Assembly (NCBI RefSeq): GCF_035084215.1
Contig: NC_090356.1
Location: forward strand, 22,134,001-22,198,000
Direction: 5' to 3'
DNA length: 64,000 nt
DNA from: Heptranchias perlo
Lineage: Eukaryota
The notes beneath the pieces are model-generated. The model saw only the letters and a program-made list of their open reading frames with translations, did no database searches and was not told where the DNA came from. Every line of letters starts with the position of its first letter. Within the stretch, counting starts at the first letter, position 1. A program made the translations under genes and the position numbers. This document shows, one piece after another, positions 12,031 to 25,578 of the stretch.

Positions 12031-14240
12031 TGAGAAGATAAGAAATAGGAGCAGAAGTAGGCCATACAGCTCCTCGAGCCTGCTCTGCCATTCAAAAAGA
12101 TCGTGGTTGATCTTCGACCTCAACTCTACTTTCCCGCCCAATCCCCATAACCCTTGATTGCTCTAGAGTCCAAAAATCTATCGATCTCAGCCTTGAACAT
12201 ATTCAACGACTCAGCATCCACAACCCTCTGGGGTAGAGAATTACAAAGATTCACAACCCTCTGAGTGAAGAAATTCCTCCTCATCTCAGTATTAAATGGC
12301 CGACCCCTCATCCTGGGACTATGCCCCCTACTTCTAAACTCTCCAGCCAGGGGAAACAACCGCTCAGCATCTACCCTGTCAAGTCTCCTCAGAATCTTGT
12401 ATGTTTCAATGAGATCACCTCTCATTCTTCTAAACTCCAGAGAGTATAGACCATTCTACTCAACCTCTCCTTATAGGACAACCCTCTCATCCCAGGACTC
12501 AATCTAGTGAACCTTTGTTGCACCGCCTTTAAGGCAAATATATCCTTCCTTAGATAAGGAGACCAAAACTGTCCACAGTACTCCAGGTGAGGTCTCACCA
12601 AAGCCCTGTACAATTGTAGTAAGACTTAATTATTTTTCTACTCCAACCCCCTTGCAATAAAGGCCATCGTGTCATTTACCTTCCTAATTGCTTACTGTAT
12701 CTGCATGCTAACTTTTTGTGATTCTTGTACGAGGACATCCAAATCCCTCTGAACACTATCATTTAATAGTTCTCACCATTTAAAAAATATTCTGCTTTTC
12801 TATTCTTCCTACCAAAGTGAATAACCTCACATTTCCCCACATTATACTTCATCTGCCACCTTCTTGCCCACTCACCTAACCTGTCTATATCCCTTTGCAG
12901 ACTCTTTATGTCCTCCTCATGGCTTACTTTCCCACCTAGCTTTGTATCGTCCGCAAACTTGGATACATTACACTTGGTCCCTTCACCTAAGTCAGTAGTA
13001 TAGATTGTAAATAGCTGAGGCCCAAGCACTGATCATTGCAGCACCCCACTAGTTACAGCCTGCCAACCTGAAAATGACCCGTTTATCCCTACTCTCTTTT
13101 CTGTCCGTTAACCAATCCTCTATCCATGCTAATATATTACCCCCAACCCCATGAGCCTTTACCTTGCGTAACAACCTTTTATGTGGTAACCTTATTGAAT
13201 GCCTTTTGAAAATCCAAATATACTACATCCACTGGTTCCCCTTTATCTACCCTGCTAGTTACATCCTCAAAAAATTCCAATAAATTTGTCAAACACGATT
13301 TCCCTTTCATAAAACCATGTTGACTCTACCTAATCATACTATGATTTTCTAAGTGCCCTGTTTACACTTCCTTAATAATGGATTCCAGCATTTTCCCGAT
13401 GACTGATGTCAGGCTAATTGGCCTGTAGTTCCCTGTTTTCTCTCTCCTTTCTTGAATAGCAGGGTTACATTTGCTACCTTCCAATCCGCTGGGACCATTT
13501 TAGAATCTAGGGAATTTTGGAAGATCATAACCAATGCATTCACTATTTCTGCAGCCACCTCTTTTAGAACCCTAGGATGTAGGCCATCAGGTCCAGGGGA
13601 TTTATTGGCTTTTAGTCCCATTCGTTTCTCCAGTACTTTTTCTGTACTGATATTAATTACTTTAAGTTCCTCACTTTCATTAGCCCCTTGGTTCCCCACT
13701 ATTTCTGGTATGCTTTTTGTGTCATCTACTGTGAAGACAGATACAAAATATTTGTTTACCATCTCTTCCATTTCTTTATTTCCCATTATAATTTCTCCTG
13801 TCTCAGCCTCTAAGGAACCAATGTTTACTTTTGCTACTCTCTTCCATGTTACTTACTTGTAGAAGCTCTTACAATCCATTTTTATATTTCTTGCTAGTTT
13901 ACTTTCATATTCTATTTTCTCCCTTTTTATCAATTTTTTGGTCATCACTTGCTGGTTTCTAAAACTCTCCCAATCTTCAGGCTTACTAGTCTTCTTTGCA
14001 ACATTGTAGGCCTCTTCTTTTAATCTAATACAATCCTCAACTTCGTTAGTTAAACACGGATGGATCACTTTTCCCGTGGAGTTTTTATTTCTCAATGGAA
14101 TGTGTATTCATTGAGAATATTGAAATATTTCTTTGCATGTTTGCCATTGCTTATCTACTGTCATATCTTTTAATCTAATTTCCCAATCTACCTTAGCCAA
14201 CTCGCCCCTCAAACCCATGTAATTGGTTTTATTTAAGATT
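12031..14240 (-). mobile_element. CR1 LINE, 5'-truncated ~2.2 kb ORF2 with frameshifts and stops
   Basis: Pieces KSPGPDGLHPRVLKE, LGPQLFTIY..SKFADDTKLGG (RT catalytic motif), YRALVRPHLEYC, RRNFFTQRVVNL. Confidence 0.95.
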
Positions 14241-14509
14241 AACTGAGGAGAGCATATTAATGAGAACGTTTAGATTTCCAAATCTACTATTTGCCTGTGG
14301 CTCTTTCAACGTGTAACATTTAGTACTATCAACAGAATAAACACCACTGGACATATCCTTCAGCACCCACATTGATGTTTGAGAATCTGTTGCTTAATGC
14401 ACAGTATTTTTAGTAATAGCAACTTAGTCCATAATTCAGTTTTCCAAAAGGATGGGTAGGATTAAAAATGGCTCTTTCATGAATCAATTTTTTTTCCCTA
14501 AACTAGACC

Positions 14510-14875
14510 ACAACAACAACTTGCATTTAACAAAAAGAACTCCCCAATGTGCTTCACAGATAGGTATATGGAATACAGATGGTAGCTAGAGAAGGAGAGG
14601 TTATAAGGGTTGACTAAAAGCTTGGTTGAAGAGATGGGTTTTGAGGAGTTTTTTTTAAAGGAGAATTAAGAGATGGGGAGGAAGAGGGGTTTAGAGAGGG
14701 AGTTCCAGAGAGTAAAACCTAGGCAGCTGATGGGGTTAAGGGAGAGGGGGAGGCATAAGAGGTCAGAGTCAGAGGAATGGGTTGTTTGGAGGAGGATGTA
14801 GGGCTGGAGGAGACTGTGGAGATAGAGTTGGAGGGTTTTAAAAATTAAGACAAGGATTTTAAACTTGAGGCATTA
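14510..14875 (-). mobile_element. L2-type LINE 3' fragment, degraded
   Basis: caacaacaacttgcattta tail followed by a purine-rich body like 37960-38600. Confidence 0.6.
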
Positions 14876-16897
14876 AGATAGGTGACATGCCTGATTTCTC
14901 AGTCTGATCAAACAAATTCTCCTGCTCCCAATGGGAAATGTTGAGAGTTAATGTGATCTATCCATCTATCCATCCTGGGAATGGAATTTTGATCTCCCGG
15001 TGAAACACTTACTGGTGCAACTACTTTGTCATCCCAAATCAGGAAGACTAGTAAGTAAAATGGATTCATTGTAGTGGGCCCTGTTTACAGCTATTTTCTA
15101 ATCTGCATTTTTGCCCATTTCTCTTGTTTATCATCACCTGTTAAAGTGATTTCCAGGTCAGAACAAATATAAAGACGCTTGACTGTATCGAACTCTAGTT
15201 TATAGTTACACCAACTGTTTAATTCACATTGGGGATTGGAGGAAAGCTATACCAATGCATGTGAGGATACACTGGCTTCAGGGAGTGTTTAAAGTTTTCT
15301 GGAGTGTTGCTCCTTAAAGAGGTATTACTGCCCTTTCAAGGAATTTCCAAGCTCAGTTCTGAGAAGAATGACAAATAGCCTGTTGCAAGAACCCTGTTTT
15401 CAATTGGTTTCTGGGAAATATTGCTCAGTGCTATATTTGGTTTGGCAATGCGCAGTCCTAGTTAGTATCCACAATGTGCATCATTGGAGGCTAAATGAAA
15501 CGTATGCCAAGGAAACTTTAATGGGAGGTCATGCCTCTTTAAGAACTAAATTCAGTCTTGGGAAAAAAATTATGACAACTGGGAGAGTGACTGTGCTAGT
15601 GGTGGCCAGTGTTGAACTACAAACAGTGCAATAATATCCCTCCCCCAATTCCCTTGTGTGTAAAGGCATCAACTGGTGTAGTACTAAGTTATACAAAGCA
15701 AAAGGTCTAACATTTGATGCTGATTTAGCTGTCCTCATCTAGGGCAATGGTCAGGTGATACAATTGGCCTCACTGCTTGTGGGCTGGAGAGGGGGATAAT
15801 TCAGGGTCCTTTCTCCTGAACGCTACCCTATGATCCCTGCTTTGTATGGTGCACTTGTGTGAACATCAGGTGAGATAAAGATCAAACTTGACTGTGTTGC
15901 CCCCCATAGTTAAATAGCCTGTTGATTCATGATGCTTCGACTCATACAGGAAGAATAACCAATTGAACAAATTATCAGGGGTCAGTCAGTATCTATGGAA
16001 CTGTGTCTCACCAACGAGTTAGCATTTTCAGTGCAAAAAAGTAGGCAAGTTATTCAGTTTAGTGTTCTCATTAATATAGGTGTTAAGAAACAAGCATCTG
16101 ATGTTCTTTTCTAAAACGAGTCTGATCATAACTACTTTTTTCTTAATGTACATATTATCTTCACATATTGGGAATCATTGTATCTCACAAATATTGCTTC
16201 ATATCCTCTAAGCAGGCCACCGAGCACTGTTAGACTGTCCATCTGCTGCTTTGAAAGTGACTGTCTTCCTATTGAGAGACCTGTCATAACAAGGTCCTGA
16301 TGGATTGTCCCGGTGACAGTCTCTGGGGTTTGGTGACAAGGTAACAGACATTCCTACTGTCAAACAGCCCCTATGTTGTCAGCAGGACCTGTGGTCCTAC
16401 AGAGTGGCTGGCAACCCTCCACATCTGTGCTTCCAGGCTCAGTGCTTGAGCCATCTTGTCTTCCTTGGCAAAGAAATTTCTATTTTTGACTTACAAAGTT
16501 ATTGAGTATATGTGAAATAATAGTACAAGCAGCAGAAATCTCTGAGGAAAGGATTGCAATCACTGATTTGTACCTTATTATAAAGCTCTCCAATATATGT
16601 CCCCTTTATGAGGCTGTTAGATTTTGGTTTGCAACATTTTCAGGTTTTATATTTTATATACACTGTGCTAAATGGCAGTCAGTCATACACACTCAATGAA
16701 ATTTGAAAAATGCTTAGCTCAAGAGGCCCAGTTATATGAAGTCAACAGTTTTAATTTCCTTGTTACTACTTTGAGTCTTGTAACCAAACAGCAAACATTG
16801 TTATTTTGGCAAATATATATATATATATGTAAGACTTGCATTTATATAGTGTCTCATTACATCTCTCAGAAACATCTCAAAGGACTTCACATACAGT

Positions 16898-17263
16898 TAG
16901 GGTTGCCAGCTTTGGTTGGATGTGTTCCTGGAGGCTTCATCACATGACCTCCCACCTCCAACCACCCTGCCCCACGCTCCTGCCATGTGTCACCTGACAC
17001 ACCAATCCTTGCGGTGCCCCTATTTCCCACACAAATTGGAAAACGAACAGACTCTTTGTCACCTGATTGGATGATTCTTGACTGTCAGTAAAATAGCCTT
17101 TTTTCCCATCTCCAATATTTTTATAACTAATAAATAAGTGTTCAAAGAAAATGAAAAAAGAACACAATATTTTTTAATGCCCGTATGATTCTTCGCCTGG
17201 GTTGTTTCCAGTAGTGTCCTGGAGATTAATCTTTAATTCCTGGAGACTCTGGGACAATCCTCC
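16898..17263. mobile_element. Second copy of the TAGGGTTGCCA MITE (longer interior, right TIR lost)
   Basis: tagggttgccagctttggttggatgtgttcctggagg and attaatctttaattcctggagactctgggacaatcc match 7721-7984. Confidence 0.75.
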
Positions 17264-18739
17264 ATACAGTGCGTCTCTTTGAAGGCTATAGTTATGTAGG
17301 CAAACGTGGCAGCCATTTTGCCTACAGCAACATCCCACATACAGCAATGGTAAGAATGACCTGTTTTTGTTTTTGGTGGTATTGGTTGAGAGAAGAATGT
17401 AGGCTGCTTGACTGTGGAGGGCATTACAGTTGAGTCAGACTCTGTCCTCACCTGAGGTCCATACATTTGTTCTTTGCATTAGGGGTCACTGGGCATTAAT
17501 CAAAATCCCTGGCTGACTTTTCCCCTTAAAAGCCCACTGATGCTGAGACCAAGTATAGAACTCCTATTTCCACTTCAGATTTGAATCCTGCACTAACGAT
17601 GCATCCAACCTGGGACCTTCTTTTCTGTGTGGCTCAGCTACTCACTGGATGAGCTTGATGAAACATCAACGCATGCTTAGTGTAGGTTTCAAAACTGAAG
17701 TGGCCTGACTTTGGATCATGAGTATTATTGTTGCTTGTGACATTGATCCTTCGGGTGCAGTAATACTACAATATTTTCCATTTTGCAGTGAAACTAAAGT
17801 TACAGTATAACTCTGGAGTTGGGCTTTGAGCTAACTCGGTGTGGGGGGGTGGGGGGGATGGAAAGCAGTGTTAAAATCCTTGGTTATTTTATACATTAGT
17901 GATACACTCATACTGTGGATCAGCAACTACAGTATCCAATCGCAGCCCTAGATCCTGCAGTGTTACACTGGGCTTACTGCTCAAGAGGCCCTTTGGATTT
18001 TCTGGACATTTTATCAGTTCAGAGCTGATTTAAATGTACTGAAAACTCGGACGCTCCTGCCTGCATTCTCAGTACATTTAATATTTAATGGCTGAAAATG
18101 GAGCTATGCGCACCTGTAAGCCATAGGCACAGCCCTTTCTCCTGGATATGACAATCCAAATCACCGTCAGGCAGTATAAACAAGGTACTAGTGGCCGCAA
18201 ATGGATATCATAGCTACTGATCCAAAATATGACTGTACCCCTAATGTACTCAATGTCACCTGACAGGCATTCTGACATTTTGAGACTATTTTGGATAGAA
18301 GTTTATATACTGCAGTGTATTCTTGTTAAATCAAAGTTTTTGCTTCAGTGTAATTTTGTGACTCCACCCACCTGCTCCAGACCTGTTCTCACCCTCTTGA
18401 CCTCTCCAGCTGATTTCCCTCTCTACCAGACTTAAACGTTCTGGTTAAAACTGGCCCAACATGCTTGGTATAAATTGTGTATTACCTCCGGTCTGCTGCT
18501 CTCCTGCCCTCCTGTCTCAGCCCTCCTCTCTCCAATTCCCAGTTAGCCTAAGACCTGGAGTCCAAATAGTTAGCATTGTACCCCTATCTATGTCATTGGC
18601 ATCACCTTTTTGAATCTGGTTGGCCCAGTGGCATACGAACTATCTGGCCTCATTGCTGCTTCAGGACTCAAAGAGAGGAGACCAACAACAGAATGTTATC
18701 TTTTCCATTTTTCTTATCTTGTTTTCTGAAGGTGCAGCT

Positions 18740-19280
18740 TCTAGATGTGGTGCTGTGTGCAGTTTTGGACACTGTACTGTAGAAGGGACGTTAAAGCCAC
18801 AGAAACCATACAGTGTAGATTCGCCAGGATGATGCCAGAGGTGGAAAACTATAGTTACGAGGAAAGACTTGAGATACCGGGATTATTTTCACTGGAACAG
18901 AGAAGGCTAAGTGGAGATTTTGTGGAGGTTTTTAAACTTTGAAGGGTTTTACCAGAGTGAATAGAGAAAGACTCTTTCCTCTGGTTAGGGAATCATGGTG
19001 AGGAGTCATTACTTTAAATTGTCACTAAGGAACTGAGGGCAGAGTTGAGGAGAAACTGCTTTACTTAAAAGATTGTTAAAGCATGGAATAATTTGACACA
19101 GGGAGTAGTTGAGGCAGAGACCATTGCATCTTTTAAGGCAATATTGGATAAATATTTGAAGCAGGTCAAGATTTCGGGCTATGGGAAGTGCGCAGGGCAG
19201 TGGGATTAGTTTTGAGCTGATCAAGCACAGATGCAACAGGCTGACTGACCTTCTGTGCTGTAAACCTATATGATTCTGTA
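18740..19280 (+). mobile_element. CR1 LINE 3' fragment
   Basis: CVQFW...YSYEERLEIPGLFSLEQRRLSGD...VFK motif. Confidence 0.8.
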
Positions 19281-22200
19281 GTATATTTTAAAGGGTGCTG
19301 ATTGTCGTTTGGTACCTTGCTCAAGTGATCGTTCATGGATCATTCAGGATGTCACAGCTGAGCTGAAACATGTCGTCACTCACCATCCACACGTGCATTA
19401 TCCATCAGGGGTCACCGCATAATCAGAATCAGCAATCCTGGCTATTTTTCCTCTTCCTAGCACCGGGGTCTAAGGTCACTCATAGTACTCTGACTGCTTT
19501 GACAAGTTATAATACTTCTTCACTATTGGATAAAAAGTAGTTAAGTACATTACAAATTACTAACGGATATGCTTTATAATATTATACATAAAATAATAGC
19601 GAACTGGGAATTTCTTATAAAGTAGTAAAACAATAAGGAATGCATGGGGATACATTAAACTCAGTAACATATCAAGGGATTCAGGTGGTTTATATTATGT
19701 GCACGATTATAAATAGTTGGGAGAGTGTACAAGGCAGTAACAAATCAAGGATTCTGAAGTTTATATATATAAGGTAATTAATGCATTGGGTTTTAACAAA
19801 GTTTCACTGAAACATCCCATTTTTTTATACTTCAGCCCCATTCATTTGTTTTCCAATTTACATCCAGTTTTTAACCCTTTTTGATGTTTCAATACTCTCT
19901 GATTTTAACTTTTTTTTTGATTGGAACTGCAAATCTTGCTCTGGCTGACCAAAATTCACACTTTCTGTTCTTGCCCTCAATTCTGATTCTTGCTGATTCT
20001 GAAGCACAGTTACTTGTGCTGTATCATGAGGAGAAACCAGAAGACAATACAGAGTGCATAGCTGTGATATGCAGATCGTTTTATATTTTCTTTCTGATTT
20101 TTAGCCAATTTTGTCCAAAATAAGCTCGCAGAAAAGTTCCTGAGAATTCTTTTAATTCTTTTAGAAGAAAAACCCCCAAAATGTAGAGCTCTAATAATAT
20201 TAGTTAGGAGTATGTTAATGGGCAATAACGTGTCCAGGGGTTTATCTACATTATGTAAACCTCAAGATGCATTGCTGCCTTGAACGATGCATAATATATG
20301 CATTATTCTTGTTAAGATGTAGTGAGTGGGATATCCTTTTCATTGATGATCAGGTTTGTTTTGGTCACCTGTGTCTGACATGCACAGAAACCCATCACCA
20401 TCTTTAACCAAGCTGAGAAGTTTACACAGAGTTTCTCTTTGCCTGATATGGAATGCATACTCTATCACCGTAGGGACACACCCTACTTAAGTCCAGCGAA
20501 TATAGCCACTTGTTGGCAGATCCAAGGCATTGGGATCTCCAAGTGTGTGCAGGAGTACTGCTGAATTTTAGTCAACTAAAACCTTGTAGCTTGTCAGCAC
20601 AGAGCACTGGTAAGCTTCTGCTGCATGTCCAGCTAGGACATTGGTTTGCAATCTGGAACGAATGGGGGGAAAATTCCAGCCTCAGTGACAGGCCTGCCCC
20701 TCCTGGTTCCATTACTGAGCTGGCTGGCTGGGGTACTCTGGACAGTCTGGTTTAGGTATTGGATTACTGAGTCTACTACAGAGAGTGGCCTGGGTTCTGA
20801 TCTTCCATTGCCAGACATGTCATCTTAGAGCTACCCCAAACCCAAAGAGATCCCGTTTTGCTCCCTCTGCAAAGAGGGTGTTTGTGATAGCGAAGAGGTT
20901 TAAATTCCACTTGTGTTCTTTATGACTTCGTTAAATAATTTCAGTGGCAAGCTGTGGGTTAGGTCCTTAGGGATCCTTGTTTCAGATGGCAAAATACCCT
21001 TTTGAGTGTAACATGTAACTCGGAATGAATTGAGATCATACCTTGTAATTCATACTGCAACAACCTTATGCCAGGTGACTCTGATCAACTTGGCTGTGGG
21101 AATTATTATCTCCTTACTTGTTGGAAAACAAGAGACGGATTTGGAGGCAGGTCTATCCCGGCATCCTCAGCAATTCCGAAACCCCTCTATTAAAATGAAG
21201 GGACCCAGCTTTAATAGAGTATCAACAGGTCCACCTCCAGTGCGTGGTCTTGCTTTCTCTCACTTTCCAGCTGCAGTAATATTGCACCACATGACTCAAA
21301 CTGCACTTATACTAATTTTATTTGAATGATACATGGAAGTAACATACCTGATAATGAAATATTTGCTTGTTAAACATAAATGCATTAGGTGCTTTGTTTC
21401 TGTTCGGCACTGGGACCTCATAATACCAGGAGCTGGTAATACCTTATATATACAACATAGGTGCATCTGAATAAGGCTGATTTCATTTGGGAGTGCAAAC
21501 ATCACATTTATTAATTCTGTATTAAGAATGTCGTAGACTGAAAATCACATAGAATCTGTCTAAACAAATATATTAGGATTTGTACATTATTTAGATTACA
21601 CTGGCATTCCTATACAAATCTATTTTGAACTTTTTTCCAGTGTCTCATTGCTCTATTACTAGAAGAGAACTATTACTACTACTTTTCCCCTCTGTTTGCT
21701 CTTTAGCCTCCTAATTGGGGCTGCTCTCTTTTAAGCTCCCTCTTTTAGTCAGGAAAATGGTATGGATTTGGTTTGTGTCATGAATCCTTGTTCAAACACT
21801 ATTGGAGTTGCTGCATGACCAGCCAACTGAAGGCAGGCTTGTTGCAGGGTTAGTGGACTGTGATAGCTACCTCTTCCATCTTGCTGAGGTGGGGCATTGC
21901 CTTTCTCCCCACCCCCCTCCCTTAATATTCTTCCCAGAAACACAACAAAATGTGCTGTCAAATAATTGAGATTGGATGACAATCATGGCTCAGAGTGAGA
22001 ACGCTTTTCTTTCTCAATCCCCTTCCCTCCTCTCCTGAAGGTGCTGACTCTCATGTTGAGGTACAGTTTCATGGGTGCTAGCTGCTCTCTGGTACCTTGC
22101 TTCAGTCACCATTTTCTATTTGTGAGCCTGGACAGCGATATTGGTGGGGGATTCAGTCACGGGTGGCATCACAGCCAAGCCTGATCCTGTCCGTACCCGA

Positions 22201-22779
22201 CTGTCATATACATACAGTCAACTGGATAGCAATCAGGAGCGGGAACTCAGGCTGATGTTTACCTTTTTATTCCCCATTGTATTGAGGTCAATTTTAGCGG
22301 CCAGCTGAGATTAGCTACCACAGCACAATCTTTTTTTAATATAGAAACTTTTTTCCCTTCTGAATTTGGCAACTTGTCACAGTTTGAACTGTATCGTTCA
22401 TGAGCTTTGAATAGGAGACGGGATCTATTCAAAAATAAAGAGGCTTAATGTGTTATGAATCATGTCAGCAAAAGCTTTCTATAAAACGAGGTGGCACTAT
22501 GTAATGTACCTGTGCCATATCACGTCTCATAAGGCCACAATAACCCATAGCAACCCGCCATAGCAACAGCATGGCTATAAGGTAGAAAGTACAATTGGTG
22601 CTGTTCTGATGTGAAGGCTCCATACAAATTCATCTGGCACATGAATACTTGGGCAAGGAACTGCCTCGCACCTGTTGGAGTTGAACCTGTTAAGGACTCA
22701 ATGCGTTCAGGAGAGAGGGAAGGCAGAAGAGAAAATTGATGGGGCAAAAATAATTTTTAGGAACAGGAAAAATCTATTA

Positions 22780-23100
22780 GTTTCAACAAGCCACAAGTGC
22801 ACCTAATTGCCTCTTAAACCTATTTATACTGCCTGTTTCAAAGGCTTTCCCTGGTAATTTATTCTGCAACTTTATTACCCTTTTAGTAAAAAAAATTCTG
22901 ATTGACTTTCCTTCCTGATTTTTCATTTGTATCCCCCCTGGTTTGAGGTTTTCGCTATCGTGAACAATTTGCAGCATTAACTTGTTAGTCAGTGTGTGAG
23001 TTGTCAGTCTCCTTCAAAACTGTGAAAACATCATCTAAGGCACCTTAAAGTTTTCTCTTTCCCAAACAGAACTAGCCCAACTTCCTTAGAAGAGGCAGGA
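22780..23100 (-). mobile_element. Degraded CR1 3' fragment
   Basis: FFTKRVIKLQNKLPGKAFETGSINRFKRQL. Confidence 0.6.
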
Positions 23101-23499
23101 GTTATCCAACTCATACATTATTTGCCACAGCAGTACCCATGTCCAATCCCAATCACTAGAGGTGCTGCCATTAAATCTGAATCCAACTTCTACTGGTATT
23201 AAACCACAGTTGGTGAAAAGAATCCTTTTTTTTATTACAATGCTCAGTGTTTTGTATTTGCCTGGATCATCTTGTTCTTGTTCATTGTTGTTCAATAAAA
23301 GATGCCTGTTCATTTAATGTACACATACAAAATTATACCTAACTAAGGAACAGTTCTTTTGTCGTTGCAAAAAACATTGGCAATGTGAGCCAAGCTAATA
23401 TACGATTAACATTATAGAGCAGCCTATATTATACAAAATAACACACTGGAATCTTGAAAAAAAATACCACAGTTCAAGATAGCAGCATTGAAGTCAGCA

Positions 23500-23935
23500 C
23501 ATTGGTGTTTTTACTAGCCTGGCCCACCCACTGGACAGTCTTCAAGATTGGGGATGTTATTGATAGGGGATGGAACACTTTTCCATTTGAATTATCGAGT
23601 GTCAGCATCAAGCACTTCCAGGTCAGGTAATAGCCATCAGATGCAGAGCAAAACTCCCTACTCTGCCCAACAATCAGGCTGAGCCACAACCTCTGCACCA
23701 GGGTTTTTTTCTATTTCCAAATCAGCCATCCTGCAGTCTTTCTGAGTGATATTGCCAATTTGATGCAAGCTTGTGCCAGTTGAGGGCAGTTTTGTAATGT
23801 GGACCCATGCTCACTAACAACTGGGATGAGAGTGCCCAAACTCATTTGGCATAGGACCTTTACAGTCAGCAGTTAACTTGGACTGAATTTAAACCCAGGT
23901 CAATGTCTAATTCCTTGCATCACCCAGTCCCTTTG
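23500..23935 (-). mobile_element. LF-SINE-like element
   Basis: Minus strand reads gggtttaaattcagtcc...ggtcctatgccaaatgagtttgggcactctcatcccagtt...aaattggcaat; same family as 31185, 45990, 46910 and 60085. Confidence 0.5.
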
Positions 23936-24362
23936 GATGTTAGTTTCTGCCTGGTCTGAAGTGATGTGCATGTATATACAAAAGAAAGAAAAAGAATGTA
24001 ACTCCAGCACAAGAACAACTGCGAAAGATCAGAGTTAGGATTCTAGATCTTTAACATCTGTAGCACAAATTTCTGTCCAGATAACATGGTCAACAATACA
24101 TGAACACTAGGATCATTGTACAGGCTAAACTGTACTGTGCATTACATCGTACTAGAAGCAGTATTTGAGATAGAATCTTCTAGGATTCATTTCATCTTGA
24201 CGTAGTCTCTTTGTAACTGAAATATTCAGAACACTGTTATAATACATTCTGTTAGTCTGTCCAGCGTGCATATTCAGCCCATAAAGGGTTTTTCTCTGTA
24301 TTTGGTCTTTTTCTGTTTCATCGACTCTATACATTATGTTACAATTGGTACCATCTAAATTA

Positions 24363-24368
24363 TTTATT
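24363..24368 (-). terminator. Candidate WNT4 proximal poly(A) signal AATAAA (distal candidate at 23231-23236)
   Basis: tttatt on + about 740 nt after the stop; the distal AATAAA is followed by TGTGGTTT. Confidence 0.4.
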
Positions 24369-25110
24369 GACGGTATAGTGCTGTCTTCTCTGTTACAAAA
24401 AAAAAATCACACACACGCGCACACGTATTGTGGGGGGAAGTCATGATATGCCAGTCACTGCAAGCTGTCGGGAGCTGTGTGAAAGCTTGTAATGACACAG
24501 AGTTTGGAATGTACGCGATTTGGAGGTATTGATATACTGAGTTATCCGGAGACCACTGGAGCTCTGTGAGAGGCGTCAATATGTAACAATAGACAATCAG
24601 AAGGCTGTTGAATGGATGGAGAGGTGGCAGCACAAGTCAGATTGGGCTGGATGATCATCGAAAGGGACTGCTGGCAGCTGGAGGTAAGGGTAACTTTTGT
24701 ATGATCGGAGAATAGCAGGAATTAATGGAGAATTGGAGAGGTATTGACATGAGTTCTAGACCAGATATGTCTGTAAGAGAGCAGTGTACAACTGAAGAGG
24801 TATCAATACCAGAATAGGCCTGTGCAACAATACCAATGTCAAACCAGACCATCTTCCGCCTCCTTGTTCCACTTAAGCAGCATCAGTAACAGAGAGGTAA
24901 GTTCAACCGGAGCAGTAACAGTCCATGGAGAAGTACCTCCAGATCTTTGTTAGTCAGCAATAAATAAAAATAATAAAACAAGGATCCTTTGGGACATTTT
25001 AAATAATGTTTTCTCTCTATCTGTCTTCTTGGAATCGCTGGAGTGTTCTAGTCCCCCGTAGTGACGGGCATTGACCTGGGTTTGCCTGGGCTGACCTGGG
25101 ACAGGCCTCA

Positions 25111-25578
25111 TCACCGACACGTGTGCATCTCCACCACTTTGCGGCACTGCTTGCACTTGACGAAACAGCACCAGTGGAATTTACAACTGCACCTCTCCAC
25201 GATCTCCACCTCCTCCGTGTTGAAGCTACGTCCGCAACACATGAGCTCACAACCGTCAATCGCCTTGGATGTCTTATTGCACTGTCGCCCAGAGGTTCCG
25301 AGGACCCCGTTCTTAATGTCATGATCACAGAAATCTGGGCTTGAGTCGAGGTACACGAGGTCCTCATCCGTGTGAGGCTTGAACTGTGAGTTCTTGGGCA
25401 CTAAGACTTTCGTGGAACCGACTTTCCTTTGTTCGACTTCTGTGGCTCCATCAAATTTCTCCTTCAGCACATTGCCTACTTTCCTGAATGGAGGCATGGC
25501 TTTCCAGCAAGTCTTCACTTCACACGATCCAGAAACCCCATGACATTTACATTCCACCCTCATGTTATTCAAAATGGC
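25111..25578 (-). CDS. WNT4: Wnt-4 exon 5 (468 nt incl. stop)
   Basis: ttttttcag|GCC ATT: [31 protein letters not shown]...VEMHTCR then TGA TGA; includes the palmitoleoylation-serine motif [10 protein letters not shown]. Confidence 0.99.
   Translation of the reverse strand, partial: AILNNMRVECKCHGVSGSCEVKTCWKAMPPFRKVGNVLKEKFDGATEVEQRKVGSTKVLVPKNSQFKPHTDEDLVYLDSSPDFCDHDIKNGVLGTSGRQCNKTSKAIDGCELMCCGRSFNTEEVEIVERCSCKFHWCCFVKCKQCRKVVEMHTCR

Noticed and set aside
3129-21848. Plus-strand pseudo-exons (about 3129-3255, 4009-4088, 8357-8428, 21749-21848) as a gene divergent from the SVBP promoter
   Set aside because: AG/GT pairs exist but I found no recognisable protein or convincing exon chain; such pseudo-exons are common by chance. 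Needs RNA-seq.
25017-25367. Alternative-frame and antisense ORFs over WNT4 exons (also 40729-41022, 28258-28548, 44403-44775)
   Set aside because: Shadows of GC-rich coding or CpG-island sequence.
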